Assembly (NCBI GenBank): GCA_963695225.1
Contig: OY968762.1
Location: 1,600,001-1,664,000 of the forward strand
Direction: 5' to 3'
From: Vulcanimicrobiota bacterium
GTDB lineage: Bacteria; Vulcanimicrobiota; Vulcanimicrobiia; Vulcanimicrobiales; Vulcanimicrobiaceae
DNA length: 64,000 bases
This document shows, piece after piece, positions 46,197 to 56,617 of the stretch. A program made the translations under genes and the position numbers. The notes under the pieces were generated by a model. The model had not been told where the DNA came from and did no database searches. It was given only the letters and a program-made list of their open reading frames with translations. The stretch's first letter is position 1. Each line of letters opens with the position of its first letter.

Positions 46197-48205
46197 GGAG
46201 CGGCCCCGGAGAGCCCCAAGACTTCGTCGAACGGGCGCAGCGTTTGGTGCTGCTCGTAGCGTTCGTGCGTTTCGCGGTCGATGAGATCGGCGCGGGCGAT
46301 CGACCGGCGCGCCGCGATGTGATAGCGTTCGAGCACGCTCGCCAGATGGCTCTCGCGATTCTCGTAGCGCCACGTGTCGCGCGCGAGCGCCTCGAGCTCG
46401 AGGTACGAATCCCGCATCTCCCAGAACAGGTACTTCGTCACGAACAAGCCGCGATAGACGAGCGCATCGTGCTTGCCGTCGGCATGCGCCAGCGCATCCC
46501 CATAATAATCGCGCGCTTCCTGCGCGATCTGCAGGCCGCGCGCGAGCGCGTCGTAGCGGCGCGCCGCCAAATGCATCACGCGCGCGGCGGCGGGGTGCAG
46601 GGGCGGCGAGGCGAGGCGCAGGTGCGCGATCGCGCGCTCGGCCGCGAGGCGCACGGCGGCGAGATCGAGTCGCGGCGCGACCCGCGCGCGAAAACTTTGA
46701 TCGAGCGGGTCGCTCCAGAAGAGATAGTCGCTCGAATCGGCTTCGCCGGAACGATGGAGCAGCGTACGTGCTTGGGCCAGCGCGGCGATGTCGGCGGCGT
46801 AGCGCGGATCGTCGCTCCCGAAGAACGCCGCCGGAAAGTCCTCCGCGAAGCGTGCCGCGGGGACGGTTCCGGCCTCCCAGGCGTTGGCCGCCGCGTACAG
46901 CACCGGATACCAGGTCGCCTCGAACAGCGTTTCGCCGTCGTCGTGCCAGACGGTCTGGAAGAGCCCGAGGACGCGCGCGGCCTTCCCCTCACCGATGAAA
47001 CGCGCCTCGTTCGGCAGCGCGATATCGAGATCGGGATAGATGTCGTTCCAATTATTCGCGCCCGGCGCAACGAACTGCTCGAAGCCGCCGTCTCGGATCC
47101 GCTTGATGTACGGCGCGTACGTCGGCTCCGTATCGTAATGCCAGTTGACGAAGACGAGCTCTTTCGGAAGCAGCGAGAACAGCTCGGGCCGGCGCGCCAG
47201 CGCGTCGTCCCACACGAGCGGCCGCGCGCCGGAGCGCATGACGAATCGCGCCGTCTCGGCGACGTGCCGCGCGTAGACCTGCCCGTCGCCCTGCGCCTCG
47301 ACGAGCGCGCGGCTCTGACCGCGCCCGAGGTCCGACGGCTCGTCGGAGCCGATGTGGAAGAAGGGCGGGTGCGGAACGGCGGCGAGCATCTGTTCGATCG
47401 CCTCGCGCACGTAGGCTTCGCTGCCGGGGTTTGCGGGAGAGAGCAGGTAGCCGTGCGGGAGTTCGGCGAGCCCCGCGTACTGTTCCCAACGCAAGGTCGC
47501 GTGCATGTGCGCGAACGTTTGCTGTTCGGGAATGAACGCGACGTGGAAACGCGCCGCGTACGCCGCGAGTTCGCGCAGCTCGGAAGGGCTCAGGCCGTCG
47601 AGCGGCGCGGGGAGCGGATGCTCGGGATCGGCGACGACGCCTTCGACGTACGGCGAGTAGCCGTTCATCTTGAAGGCCGCGATCGTGCGGATGCGCTCTC
47701 TGAAATAGCGCATCGTCGGGAGCGGACCGCGCGAGACGTCGTCGGAGAGAATGCGCCAGCGCAGCGCCGGAGCGTCGGCGATCTCGACGCAGGGCAGCGC
47801 GTAACCCGAAGGCCCGGGCCGCGCGAGCTGCGCGAGCGTTGCGAACGCGTGGATCACGCCGTCGCCGTCGCTCGCGGCGACGCGCACGCCCGCCGTGCTT
47901 ACGGAGAGGCGGTACCCCTCGGCCGCGCCGCCCACGATGCGCACCGTGACGCGCGGGCGCGGCGAACTGCGCAACCCCGGGATTCCGAGCGCCCGCCAAC
48001 GTTCGTTGACGAGGTCGCGTGCCCCGGGGTCGAGCGAGAGCGGAACGGTCAAGGCGGGGCGCAGCGCCGGGCCGGCGCACGGCTGGACGATTTCAACCCG
48101 GGCCGGCCTTGGAATGAGATGGAGCTCGTCCGCTTGCGCGCACGCAGCCCGCGACGCGGCGATGCCGAACGTCAGGCCGGCCGCAAGCCGGCGAAGAGCA
48201 ATCAC
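46193..48205 (-). CDS. Beta-N-acetylhexosaminidase (GH20)
   Basis: LIPRP, EGYRL, DAPALRWR..SDDVSRGP, catalytic FHIGSDE, VWDD. Confidence 0.88.
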   Translation of the reverse strand: MIALRRLAAGLTFGIAASRAACAQADELHLIPRPARVEIVQPCAGPALRPALTVPLSLDPGARDLVNERWRALGIPGLRSSPRPRVTVRIVGGAAEGYRLSVSTAGVRVAASDGDGVIHAFATLAQLARPGPSGYALPCVEIADAPALRWRILSDDVSRGPLPTMRYFRERIRTIAAFKMNGYSPYVEGVVADPEHPLPAPLDGLSPSELRELAAYAARFHVAFIPEQQTFAHMHATLRWEQYAGLAELPHGYLLSPANPGSEAYVREAIEQMLAAVPHPPFFHIGSDEPSDLGRGQSRALVEAQGDGQVYARHVAETARFVMRSGARPLVWDDALARRPELFSLLPKELVFVNWHYDTEPTYAPYIKRIRDGGFEQFVAPGANNWNDIYPDLDIALPNEARFIGEGKAARVLGLFQTVWHDDGETLFEATWYPVLYAAANAWEAGTVPAARFAEDFPAAFFGSDDPRYAADIAALAQARTLLHRSGEADSSDYLFWSDPLDQSFRARVAPRLDLAAVRLAAERAIAHLRLASPPLHPAAARVMHLAARRYDALARGLQIAQEARDYYGDALAHADGKHDALVYRGLFVTKYLFWEMRDSYLELEALARDTWRYENRESHLASVLERYHIAARRSIARADLIDRETHERYEQHQTLRPFDEVLGLSGAAP

Positions 48206-48280
48206 AACGCGGCTTTCCGCCGCCCGAGAGGCGCTCACCTGGCGGGCCCGCCGCAACGCGAGCGCGTAACCTGAACGGCG

Positions 48281-49624
48281 ATGATCGACCGATTCCGAAC
48301 CCTACGGGCCGCCGCGGCCTTTGCCACGCTCGCCGTCGCGCTCGCGGTCGGGCTCGGCGGCTCGTCCCCGGCAGCCCCGCGGGCGAAGGCGCGAACCCTC
48401 GCGCGGCCGGCGGAACTCGATTCCGCCACCCGGGCGCGCATCGATCGATTGATCGCCGCCGCCGTCGCCGACGGCACGATCCCCGGCGCGCAACTCGTCG
48501 TCCTCGGGCCGCCGCAAGCGCGCACGCTGCTGCGAAAAGCCTACGGCGCGCGCACCTTCGAGCCGCAGCCCGTCGCCAACGATTTCTCGACCGTCTACGA
48601 GCTGGCGAGCCTCACGAAACCCGTCGCGACGGCCTCCGCGATCATGCTCCTCGTTCAGCGCGGCGAGTTGCGGCTCCACGACAAAGTCGCGGCCTACGTC
48701 CCGGAGTTCGGCGCGAACGGCAAGGACGGGATCACGATCGAACAAGTCCTGCTGCATACGAGCGGCCTGCCGCCGGCGTTTTCGGAGGACGACTACTACG
48801 CGGACCGCGCGACGATCCTGACGCACACGTACGCACGCAAGCTGCTCTTCGCGCCGGGGACGGGATTCTCGTACAGCAATCTCGGGCCGATCGTCCTGAC
48901 GGAAGTGATCGCCCGCGTCGCGCACGAGCCGTTCGAGCGCTTCGTCGCGAACGAGTTGTTCGTGCCGCTTGGGATGCGGGATTCGTCCTTCGACACGACG
49001 CTCGACGAAGCGCATCGCGCGCGCCTCGCCCCGCAGATTCCGCACCAAGACGAAAACGGGCTGCGCAAGGCGTTCGGGACCGTTCCGGGCGTCAACGGGC
49101 ACGCCGGGATGCTCTCGACCGCCGACGACGTGGCACGCTACGCGCGCGCGCTGTTGCTCACGCTCGAAGGCCGCCGTCCGCCGAACGCGCCGCTTTCCGC
49201 GGCGAGCCTGAACGCCATGATCGAGCCGCACTACGTCGGCAAGGGCGCGGTGCGCGGGCTCGGGTGGGACCTCGACTCCGGCTTCTCCGGGAACCGCGGC
49301 GACTTGCTCCCGCGCGGCGGCTTCGGGCATACCGGCTCGTCCGGGACGAGCCTCTGGATCGATCCTGCCCTCGGGATCGCCATCGTCTTCACGAGCAACG
49401 CGCATTATCCCAAAGACGCGGGCGACACGCTCCCGCTCGAAGCGAAGGTGGGGAATCTCGTCGCCGCCGCCGTCCTCCACGATCGCGCGCGCGTCGCGGC
49501 ACAGGAGGCCGCGTTCGACGCCGCAGCCGCCCGCAGCGCGCTCGGTTTCCCGGCTACGCCGCTCCCGGCGCCGACCGCCGCGCCTTCCGCCGCGCCTTCC
49601 GCCGCGCCCGGCGCGTCGAAGTGA
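48281..49624 (+). CDS. Secreted serine hydrolase, beta-lactamase family (AmiE/NamA-like)
   Basis: Signal peptide; SLTK, LLHTSGL, YSN, FGHTG; C-terminal AAPS repeats. Confidence 0.88.
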   Translation: MIDRFRTLRAAAAFATLAVALAVGLGGSSPAAPRAKARTLARPAELDSATRARIDRLIAAAVADGTIPGAQLVVLGPPQARTLLRKAYGARTFEPQPVANDFSTVYELASLTKPVATASAIMLLVQRGELRLHDKVAAYVPEFGANGKDGITIEQVLLHTSGLPPAFSEDDYYADRATILTHTYARKLLFAPGTGFSYSNLGPIVLTEVIARVAHEPFERFVANELFVPLGMRDSSFDTTLDEAHRARLAPQIPHQDENGLRKAFGTVPGVNGHAGMLSTADDVARYARALLLTLEGRRPPNAPLSAASLNAMIEPHYVGKGAVRGLGWDLDSGFSGNRGDLLPRGGFGHTGSSGTSLWIDPALGIAIVFTSNAHYPKDAGDTLPLEAKVGNLVAAAVLHDRARVAAQEAAFDAAAARSALGFPATPLPAPTAAPSAAPSAAPGASK

Positions 49625-51750
49625 TCGTGAAGGCCATACGCCCACGCGCGGCCCTCTCCGCCATCGCGCTCGCCCTGCTCGGCGCAGCGTACGCGCAGCG
49701 CCTCGCCTACCCGACGACGCCCGTCAGAAACGTCATCGACGTGTATCACGGTCACGCGGTCGTCGACCCGTACCGCTGGCTCGAGAACGGAAAAAACCCG
49801 GCCGTAAGAGCTTGGGCCGCCGCGCAAACAAAACTCGCGCTCGCGTTCCTGCACGCGCAACCTGCCTACCCGTTCTACGAGCGGCGCGTGCGCACACTCG
49901 CGACGACCTCGACGCGCCGCTTCGGACTGACGATCGCCGGGGGCCGCTACATCTACTTCCGCCAGACGCCGGCGCAAGCACAGCCCGAGTTGATCGCGCG
50001 CGACGGCCTGCACGGAACCGAGCGCGTCCTCGACACCGGTGCCCGCCGCGGAGGAGCTCCGCTCGCCATCGAGAGCGTGTTCGCCGCGCCGGACGGATCG
50101 AAGGTCGCGTTCACCACGCAGATCGGCGGCGCCGAGGCCGAGACGCTCCACGTCGTCGATGCGACTACCGGCGCGGCGCTCCCCGATACGCTCCCGCGCG
50201 TCGGCGGCGGGACGAGCCCGAGCGCACTCGTTTGGGACGCGGACGGCAAGGGTTTCGTGCACACGCTGTGGCCGCGCAAGCCCGACGGCTCGTACGCCGC
50301 ATCGGGGATATTGCTGTACCATCACACGCTCGGCACCCCGCCCGCCGCCGACACGTACGTCTTCGGCAAAGGGCTCCCGCCGGACGCGGAGTACGCGCTC
50401 GTCGAATCGCGCGACGGGATCGATCAGGCGGCGTTCGTCACAGCCGGAGACGGCGTGCACGCCTCCATCTATTTGCGGCACGCAGGCGGACCCTTCGCCC
50501 TCGCCGCAACGCCCGATGCGGCAAGCGGCGACAGCGCGGAAGCCGGCGGGCGTTTCGTCGGCAACTCGCTCTACGTCATCTCGAAGAAGCGCGATCCGCG
50601 CGGCGAGATCGTCGCGATCCCGCCCGGCGGGACGTTCGCTTCGGCGAAAACCGTGGTCCCGCCGAGCGCTCTCGTGATCGCCGATCTCCTGGAAATCCCC
50701 GGCGGTTTTCTCACGGCCGATATCGACGGCGGGAGTTCCGTCTCGCGCTCGTTCGCCGCAGACGGAACGCCGCGCGGGCGGTTGCCCCTCCCGGAACTCT
50801 CCTCGATCGCGGATTTCGCCGCCGACCCCGCGGGCGGCGAGATCGTCGTCGGCTCTACGAGTTACACGACGCCGCGAGTCTGGCTCGCGTACGACCCCGT
50901 CTCCAATACGCTGACTCCGACGGGCATCGAAACGAAGGTCCCGGGCGATTATTCGCGCGTCGTCGCGGAGCGCGTCTTCGTCCCGTCGCTCGACGGCAAG
51001 GTGAAGATCCCGCTCGACATCGTGCACTTGCGCGATTTCGAACGGAACGGCTCGGCCATGGCCAACCTGACGGCATACGGCGCGTACGGGACGATCTCGT
51101 CGCCGGGATTCATCGGTTACGATCTCGCCTGGCTCGAACGGGGCGGCATCTTCGCACAAGCGATGGTCCGCGGCGGCGGCGAGTACGGGGACGCTTGGCA
51201 CGAGGCGGCGCATCTCGCGACGAAAACGCTCTCCAGCGACGATCTCGCCGCGTGCGCGAGTTGGCTCGAGCGGAACGGCTACACTTCGCCGCGGCACCTC
51301 GGGATCAGCGGCGGGAGCGCCGGCGGGTACTTGATGGGGCTCGCACTTACGCGCGATCCGCAGCTCTATCGCGCCGTGCTCTCTTACGTCGGCTTCTACG
51401 ATCTGCTGCGCGCCCAGACGACGCCGAACGGCGCCTTCAACACCCCGGAGTTCGGCACGACGGAGGACCCGGCGCAGTTTGCCTGGATGGTGAAACAGTC
51501 GCCGTACGAACGCGTCGTCTCGAAACGCACCTACCCCGCGGTGCTCTTCGACACGGGGGAGAACGACCCGCGCGTCGATCCGTACGACTCGCGAAAGATG
51601 ATCGCACGCTTGCAAGCGAGTTCGCCTTCGCCGTACCCGCACTTGCTCGTGCAGCGCGCGGGCAGCGGGCACGGCATCGGCGATTCCTTCGATCAACGCG
51701 TCGAACGCGGCGTCGACGGCCTGACGTTCCTAGAGAGCCAATTGCGCTGA
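49621..51750 (+). CDS. Secreted prolyl oligopeptidase (S9A)
   Basis: Signal peptide; DPYRWLE, YGAYG, RGGGEYG, GGSAGG, NDPRV, GHG triad motifs. Confidence 0.92.
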   Translation: MIVKAIRPRAALSAIALALLGAAYAQRLAYPTTPVRNVIDVYHGHAVVDPYRWLENGKNPAVRAWAAAQTKLALAFLHAQPAYPFYERRVRTLATTSTRRFGLTIAGGRYIYFRQTPAQAQPELIARDGLHGTERVLDTGARRGGAPLAIESVFAAPDGSKVAFTTQIGGAEAETLHVVDATTGAALPDTLPRVGGGTSPSALVWDADGKGFVHTLWPRKPDGSYAASGILLYHHTLGTPPAADTYVFGKGLPPDAEYALVESRDGIDQAAFVTAGDGVHASIYLRHAGGPFALAATPDAASGDSAEAGGRFVGNSLYVISKKRDPRGEIVAIPPGGTFASAKTVVPPSALVIADLLEIPGGFLTADIDGGSSVSRSFAADGTPRGRLPLPELSSIADFAADPAGGEIVVGSTSYTTPRVWLAYDPVSNTLTPTGIETKVPGDYSRVVAERVFVPSLDGKVKIPLDIVHLRDFERNGSAMANLTAYGAYGTISSPGFIGYDLAWLERGGIFAQAMVRGGGEYGDAWHEAAHLATKTLSSDDLAACASWLERNGYTSPRHLGISGGSAGGYLMGLALTRDPQLYRAVLSYVGFYDLLRAQTTPNGAFNTPEFGTTEDPAQFAWMVKQSPYERVVSKRTYPAVLFDTGENDPRVDPYDSRKMIARLQASSPSPYPHLLVQRAGSGHGIGDSFDQRVERGVDGLTFLESQLR

Positions 51751-51901
51751 CGCGAGCCGCTCGGGGCGAAACGCGCTCGTCGCCGGATCGTGCGTCGCGA
51801 ACTCGGGATGCCGGGGGAGGGGCGGCGTTCCGGTCGAGCAGGGTTCGCCCCCCTGCTCTTGCAACCGCCTCCGGAATGCTTGCCGCCGAGGGAGCGCCGA
51901 C

Positions 51902-53701
51902 GTGAAGCTCTCCACGACCGACTACGCCGTCATCCTCCTCTTTTTCGCCGTCAATCTCGGTATCGGGTTGTACTATGCGCGGCGGGGCGGGAAGAGCGTC
52001 AGCGAATTCTTCCTTTCGGGGCGCAACGTGCCGTGGTGGCTCGCCGGCGTTTCGATGGTCGCGACGACGTTTGCGGTCGATACGCCGCTCGCGGTGACGG
52101 GCTTCGTCAACCAGCACGGGATCGCGGGGAATTGGGTGTGGTGGAGCTCGGTGATGTCCGGGATCCTGACCGTATTCTTCTTCGCGAAACTGTGGCGGCG
52201 TTCGGGGGTGCTGACGGACGTCGAGTTCATCGAACTGCGCTATAGCGGTGCACCGGCGGCGGCGCTCCGCCTCGTCCGCGCGATGTTCCAAGGCGTGATC
52301 GTCAACACGATCATCATGGGCTGGGTGAACCTCGCGATGGCGAAGGTCCTCACGCTCACGCTCCATGTCCCCAAACTCGAAGCGCTGGCCGTGTGCCTGG
52401 TCTTTACGGCGGTCTACGTTACGATCGGCGGCTTGTGGGCCGTGCTCGTAACCGATCTCCTGCAGTTCGTCGTCAAGCTGTCGATGGCAATCGTCCTCGC
52501 GGTCAGTGTGGTGGCGGCGGTCGGCGGGATCGGCTCCCTTCAATCACAGCTCGCCGCCCTCGAAGCGGCCCATCAGACGGCGAGCCGCGGTTCCGTGCTC
52601 GCGTTCTTCCCGACGACGAACGAGGCGTGGCTTCCGCTCTTCACGTTCGTCACCTACATCGCGGTGCAATGGTGGGCGTCGTCGTATCCCGGCGCCGAAC
52701 CGGGCGGCGGAGGCTATATCGCGCAGCGCATCTTCAGCGCGCGCAGCGAGACCGATTCGCTCCTGGCGACGCTCTTCTTCAACGTCGCGCACTACGCGCT
52801 GCGCCCCTGGCCCTGGATCCTGGTCGCGCTCGGCGCGCTCGTGCTCTATCCGCACGGCGTCGCCGGCGTCGACGGCAAGATCGACCCCGAACTCGGTTAC
52901 GTGCAGGCGATGATCGACTACCTGCCGGCCTGGCTGCGCGGTTTGATGATGGCGGGCTTTCTCGCCGCCTATATGTCGACGATGGGGACGCACCTCAACC
53001 TCGGCGCATCCTATCTGACGAACGACATCTATCGCCGCTTCATGCGCCCGAGTGCAAGCGAGGCGCACTACGTCGGCGTCTCGCGCTGGGCGACGATGAT
53101 CGTGATGCTGCTGGCGATCGCCGGGGCCTACGCGATGACGAACGTCGGCGACGCGTGGAAATATCTCTTCGGGTTGACGGCGGGCGTCGGCCTCGTGATG
53201 ATCCTGCGCTGGTTCTGGTGGCGCGTGAACGCGTGGAGCGAGATCTCGGCGCTGGCGACGTCGGCGCTCGTTTCGAACGCGCTGCTGATCGCGCACGTCT
53301 TTCCGGAAAGCGATCCGAACGCCGTCGCCAAAGCGCTCCTCGTGACGGTCGCCGTCACGACGCTCGTCTGGCTCGCGGTCACGTTCGCGACGCCTCCCGA
53401 ACCGGCCGGGACGCTCGAGCGGTTCTACCGGCGCGTCCGCCCGAGCCCCGTGGGTTGGGGCCCCATAGCGCGGCGCATCCCCGTTGCGGCCGGCGATTCG
53501 CTCGGGACGAGCGCGATCGATTGGTTCGCCGGGTGCGGCCTCGTCTACGGGACGCTCTTCGGCATCGGAAAACTCGTGCTCGCGAGCTATACAGCCGCGT
53601 TCGCCTACGGCGCGGTCGCGCTCGTGTGCGCCGCCGTGATCGCGCGCAACCTCAGGCGCCCCGCGGTAGCCTCCGCCGCGGCCGGGGAAGGCGCGGCCTA
53701 A
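51902..53701 (+). CDS. Sodium:solute symporter family protein
   Basis: FFLSGRNVPWW.AG.SMVATTF, YIAQRIFSA, AAYMST. Confidence 0.92.
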   Translation: MKLSTTDYAVILLFFAVNLGIGLYYARRGGKSVSEFFLSGRNVPWWLAGVSMVATTFAVDTPLAVTGFVNQHGIAGNWVWWSSVMSGILTVFFFAKLWRRSGVLTDVEFIELRYSGAPAAALRLVRAMFQGVIVNTIIMGWVNLAMAKVLTLTLHVPKLEALAVCLVFTAVYVTIGGLWAVLVTDLLQFVVKLSMAIVLAVSVVAAVGGIGSLQSQLAALEAAHQTASRGSVLAFFPTTNEAWLPLFTFVTYIAVQWWASSYPGAEPGGGGYIAQRIFSARSETDSLLATLFFNVAHYALRPWPWILVALGALVLYPHGVAGVDGKIDPELGYVQAMIDYLPAWLRGLMMAGFLAAYMSTMGTHLNLGASYLTNDIYRRFMRPSASEAHYVGVSRWATMIVMLLAIAGAYAMTNVGDAWKYLFGLTAGVGLVMILRWFWWRVNAWSEISALATSALVSNALLIAHVFPESDPNAVAKALLVTVAVTTLVWLAVTFATPPEPAGTLERFYRRVRPSPVGWGPIARRIPVAAGDSLGTSAIDWFAGCGLVYGTLFGIGKLVLASYTAAFAYGAVALVCAAVIARNLRRPAVASAAAGEGAA

Positions 53702-53725
53702 CCGATTCGAGCGGCGTCACCGCCT

Positions 53726-56440
53726 TCAGGATGACACGGGGAGTAACGAGCGATCCTCGGCGATCAGGCGGCCCATCTCGTCGGCGGAGACCGCGCTCAC
53801 GATCAGGTCTCCTTGCACGGCGTCGCAGCCCAGTTCTCGCACGCTCCGGAGTTGCGCAGGCAAATCGACGCCTTCGGCCACGATCCGCACGCCCATCATG
53901 CGCGCCATCGTGACCAACCCCGCGACGACCGCCCGCCCCGCAAGCTCTTCCTCGCTCCCGAGCGGCGCCGAGAACGAGCGGTCGAGCTTGAGGACGTCGA
54001 GCGGAAAATCGCGCAGATACGTGAGGTTCGCGTGGCCGGATCCAAAATCGTCGACGACGATTCGCGGTCCGGCGGCCTTGAGAGCTCGCAGCGCGGCACC
54101 GGTCTCCGGCGACGAGTTCACGACCAGATGCTCCGCGATCTCGAGGTCGACGCAGTTCCGGTCGAAGCCGGCGCGCGAGATCGCATCGAGGACGCTTCCG
54201 GCGAACCCGCGCCGCTCCAATTGGCGAGCCGAGACGTTCACCGCCACGCGCAGAGGACGGTCGGCGCGCTGCCAGCGCGCGGCGTCCCGCAAGGCGGTCT
54301 CGAGCACGAAATCCCCAATCCGGACGATCTGGTTCGTCGCCTCCGCGATCGGGATGAAGACTTCGGGAGAGATACGCCCCAAACGCGGATGATTCCAGCG
54401 CACGAGCGCCTCGATGCCGACGATCCGGCCGTCACGCAGGTCGACTTCCGGCTGATAGTCGACGAACAGTGATTGCCGCTCGACCGCCGCGGCGAGGTCG
54501 CGCGCGAGCTCGGCGGTTTGGAACTCGTCGCACGAAAGCATATCGTTCGTGAAGAGCGCATGCGAGATGCCGCTCCGCTTCGCGACGTACATCGCGCGGT
54601 CGGCTTCGCGGATCAGACGTTCCGGGTCGCAGTTTTCCGCCGACGAGAAGCTGATGCCCGCGGAAGCTTCGACGACGATGCGATGCCGGTCGACGACCGT
54701 ACCGGCCCGGCACGCCGCGAGCGCGCGTTCGACGCGCAAGTTTGCCTCCGCCACCGAGTCGACCCCGTTGAGAATCAGCAGGAACTCGTCACCGCTCATC
54801 CGCGCGACGGTCCCTTGATGTCCCAGCGAAGCCTGCAACGCGTGCGCGACGGACTGCAGCACGCGATCCCCGGCGTGGTGGCCGAACGTATCGTTCAGCT
54901 TCTTGAACCCGTTCAGATCGCACAACGCTACGGCGGAGCGCTTCCCCGTCAATGCGTCCATCTCGAGCGCCTCGCGCAGCTTCGAGAACGCGACGGAGCG
55001 ATTCGCCAAACCCGTAAGCGGATCGAAATGGGCGAGCTGAACGAGGCGCGCGTGATCGTCGTAGCGGCCGACGATCACGGCGATCAGCGTCGTCGCGCTC
55101 TCGAGCTCCGCCAACTCGGTTTCGCTCGGCGTCCGGCGTTCCGGAACCAATATCGTGATGACGCCGATGCACCGGCCATCCGTGGAGATGGGGAAGCTCC
55201 ACGCCGAGCGGTAATCGTGCGCCTCGAGTTCCCGGCCGTGCGGTCCCCAGATCTTGTCGCCCACGAGATCGGTCGAGAAGCGCTGCACGTTGCTCATCAA
55301 CACGGCGCCCGCGGAGCAGTCGGGACGCTCCCGCAAGACGACGGGGCGCAGCAACGGCACCTCGAGGCAGGGAGGAAGATTCGTCGACCGGCTGACGCGC
55401 TCGAAATGGTCGTCGCGCACGATGTCGATCATCGCCGCGCTGCCGGGGAAAAGCGTTTCGATCGAACCGACGATCAGGCCCATCGCCTTCGAGAGCGGCT
55501 CGAACCGCGTGACGCACTCGAGGACTTTGATTCGCCTGCGGTTGCGCTCGTGCGCGCGATTGCGAGCGCTGACTTCGGCACCGGTCCCAAGGATCGCCTC
55601 GATTTTTCCCTCGGCATCGAAGACCGGCGACCAACGCAGCGAAAGATCGACGCGCCGGCCGTCTCGAGCGCGCAACGTGATTTCGGTGTGGACGGCCCCT
55701 CCCGCCAGCACGCGCATGATCGCGTCGAACACGTCGCCCGTGACGCCGAGCGGCAGCTCCCAGAACTTTCGACCGACCGCCTCCCCCGCCGGCAAAGCGA
55801 GGATCGTCGCGGCCGCGGCGTTCCACGATCGCAGGGTCCCGTCCGGTGCGATCAGCCAACAGGTCAGGTGTTCCGCTCGGTCGAGCGAGTTCGCGATTTG
55901 CCGGTCGCGACGCTGCGCGCGACGCATCTCGATATCGATCAGGTGCAATTGCACGAGCGCCGCTAGTTCCGCCAAGATGCGGTGCTCGTTGGCCGGTGAC
56001 ACGCCGGCGGCCGTATCGGCGACCCATAACGCTCCGACGATGTAGCCGTCGGCGGTCGAGACCGGGACTCCCGACCAATAGCGGAATGCCGGATCGCGCG
56101 CCATGAGAACGAACGTCGCGAACCGCGGGTCCGCCTGAGCGTCGGCGAGGACGAGCGGCCGGCCGGCCGCGACGACGGCATCGCAGGGCGAGCCGGCGCG
56201 AGGGACCTCGAGCGGGAACGAGCCGACGTGTGCCTTGATCGCGAGCCGGTCTTCGTCCAGCAACGTCAGGCCGGCGAAGGGACGTCCGAGCGCCGCCGCC
56301 GCCGTTTCGACGATTCGGTCGAATTGGGGATCGGGGAGGCGTTCGAGCATGCCGTGGCGGCGCAGCCAACGGACGCGTTCGAGCTCCAGGGCGGTCTGTG
56401 TCCGCGCCGCCGCCTCCGTTCGTACCCTCGTCGGACCCAT
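53726..56440 (-). CDS. GAF-PAS-GAF-GGDEF-EAL c-di-GMP signalling protein
   Basis: FDRIVE GAF start, WNAAA PAS, DPLTGLANR, SGDEF active-site variant, YQPEV..IEAL, DDFGSG. Confidence 0.92.
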   Translation of the reverse strand: MGPTRVRTEAAARTQTALELERVRWLRRHGMLERLPDPQFDRIVETAAAALGRPFAGLTLLDEDRLAIKAHVGSFPLEVPRAGSPCDAVVAAGRPLVLADAQADPRFATFVLMARDPAFRYWSGVPVSTADGYIVGALWVADTAAGVSPANEHRILAELAALVQLHLIDIEMRRAQRRDRQIANSLDRAEHLTCWLIAPDGTLRSWNAAAATILALPAGEAVGRKFWELPLGVTGDVFDAIMRVLAGGAVHTEITLRARDGRRVDLSLRWSPVFDAEGKIEAILGTGAEVSARNRAHERNRRRIKVLECVTRFEPLSKAMGLIVGSIETLFPGSAAMIDIVRDDHFERVSRSTNLPPCLEVPLLRPVVLRERPDCSAGAVLMSNVQRFSTDLVGDKIWGPHGRELEAHDYRSAWSFPISTDGRCIGVITILVPERRTPSETELAELESATTLIAVIVGRYDDHARLVQLAHFDPLTGLANRSVAFSKLREALEMDALTGKRSAVALCDLNGFKKLNDTFGHHAGDRVLQSVAHALQASLGHQGTVARMSGDEFLLILNGVDSVAEANLRVERALAACRAGTVVDRHRIVVEASAGISFSSAENCDPERLIREADRAMYVAKRSGISHALFTNDMLSCDEFQTAELARDLAAAVERQSLFVDYQPEVDLRDGRIVGIEALVRWNHPRLGRISPEVFIPIAEATNQIVRIGDFVLETALRDAARWQRADRPLRVAVNVSARQLERRGFAGSVLDAISRAGFDRNCVDLEIAEHLVVNSSPETGAALRALKAAGPRIVVDDFGSGHANLTYLRDFPLDVLKLDRSFSAPLGSEEELAGRAVVAGLVTMARMMGVRIVAEGVDLPAQLRSVRELGCDAVQGDLIVSAVSADEMGRLIAEDRSLLPVSS

Positions 56441-56617
56441 ATGCTCTGAGTTATCGGCAACCGCTCTCAAATGAGCAGCGAGGTTCGCGAACCGGGCCCG
56501 CCCCGCGGGCCGCGGCCGGCGCGAACGAGCTGCCGCCGGCCCGCGCCTCGCCCCGGCATCCATTCGCGGGCGTGCGAGCGTTACACAATTGAAGGCCACC
56601 AGGCGGAAGGGAGGGAG

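Noticed and set aside
49577..49610. 12-bp tandem repeat encoding AAPS
   Set aside because: Ordinary low-complexity C-terminal tail of the serine hydrolase.
49621..51750. Prolyl oligopeptidase as the dedicated maturase or macrocyclase of the repeat peptide
   Set aside because: It lies about 17 kb away in a different operon. The Pro in each core makes it conceivable, but nothing in the sequence links them.
51811..51874. Nested hairpin upstream of the SSS transporter as a riboswitch
   Set aside because: Only an 8-bp GC-rich stem with an imperfect outer stem and no recognisable aptamer motif.
54770..54810. SGDEF variant as an inactive or novel cyclase
   Set aside because: SGDEF is a known variant that can be active, and the rest of the domain looks intact.
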